From Candidatus Arthromitus sp. SFB-rat-Yit (lineage in GTDB: Bacteria > Bacillota > Clostridia > Clostridiales > Clostridiaceae), in contig NC_016012.1 in the NCBI RefSeq assembly GCF_000283555.1, positions 1 through 32,000 of the forward strand: 32,000 nt of DNA, written 5' to 3'. The translations under genes were made by a program, and so were the position numbers. Each line of letters opens with the position of its first letter. Position 1 is the stretch's first letter. A model generated the notes under the pieces. That model was not told the DNA's origin, did no database searches, and saw nothing but the letters and a program-made list of their open reading frames with translations. This document shows positions 31,595 through 32,000 of the stretch, piece after piece.

Positions 31595-32000
31595 GATGCG
31601 ATCACCTTGGAAAAACGGAATGTATATATCAATTTGGTTAATTTGAACCTGCATACCTACTTCTCGTACCTTGTTCTCAATGTTGAAAATGACACTTCTT
31701 ATCTGTTGAATCCGGGTTTACGTGTCATGCATTGGTATGAAGACCTATATTTTATCTATGTGATAGAATGAACGATATGTGTGAAGACGTTGGGAACAGA
31801 GGAAATTGGCTCTGTGGTAGATGGGATATACATCAACAAGAATGTCGTGCATCTGGTTGAAAATATCAGTGCTTGCAAGTATAAGAGTTTTCTTTTCCCG
31901 GAATACTTTGTTTATTATTACCTGATAGCACCGACAAGTTGCACTTACATACGTCATAACGTGAAACAGTGGAATCTCACTGATGATGCTATACGGCTCT
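31595..32000 (+). pseudogene. AraC-family regulator N-terminal (cupin) domain, interrupted, runs off the window
   Basis: Single plus frame DAITLEKRNVYINLV...LRVMHWYEDLYFIYVIE*TICVKTLGTEEIGSVVDGIYINKNVVHLVENISACKYKSFLFPEYFVYYYL. TGA at 31769-31771 where IEGTI would be expected. Confidence 0.6.

Overview
The window splits into two very different parts. Bases 1 to about 23,000 are an AT-rich, densely packed Firmicutes/Clostridia-type replication-origin region: dnaA, dnaN, recF, remB-like, gyrB, gyrA, tRNA-Ile2/Met(CAT), tRNA-Ala(TGC), an HD protein, serS, an uncharacterised membrane-anchored protein, two tRNA-Ser genes, addB, addA, cca, a YhaM-like OB/HD nuclease, a DUF1189-like protein and tRNA-Arg(ACG). 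Just after tRNA-Arg the composition visibly becomes more GC-rich. From about 23.5 kb to the window end the DNA is mostly minus-strand genes, several of them decayed by in-frame stops and frameshifts. I could read: (i) an OmpR-type response-regulator C-terminal fossil; (ii) an operon-like run of a 44-aa membrane peptide and three N-terminally anchored alpha/beta-hydrolase genes, two of them disrupted, divergent from a TetR-family regulator; (iii) fossils of a phage/ICE-type family A DNA polymerase and a sigma-like HTH/Zn-binding ORF; (iv) a partly dismantled alkylation-repair operon (alkA, Ada N-domain, ogt, SAM methyltransferase) with ATGA start/stop overlaps; (v) an AraC-type regulator fossil running off the window end. 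I see no CRISPR array, no intact transposase or integrase, and no convincing new defence system. The points most worth following up are the hydrolase/TetR cluster and the loss of catalytic and zinc-binding cysteines in the repair operon.
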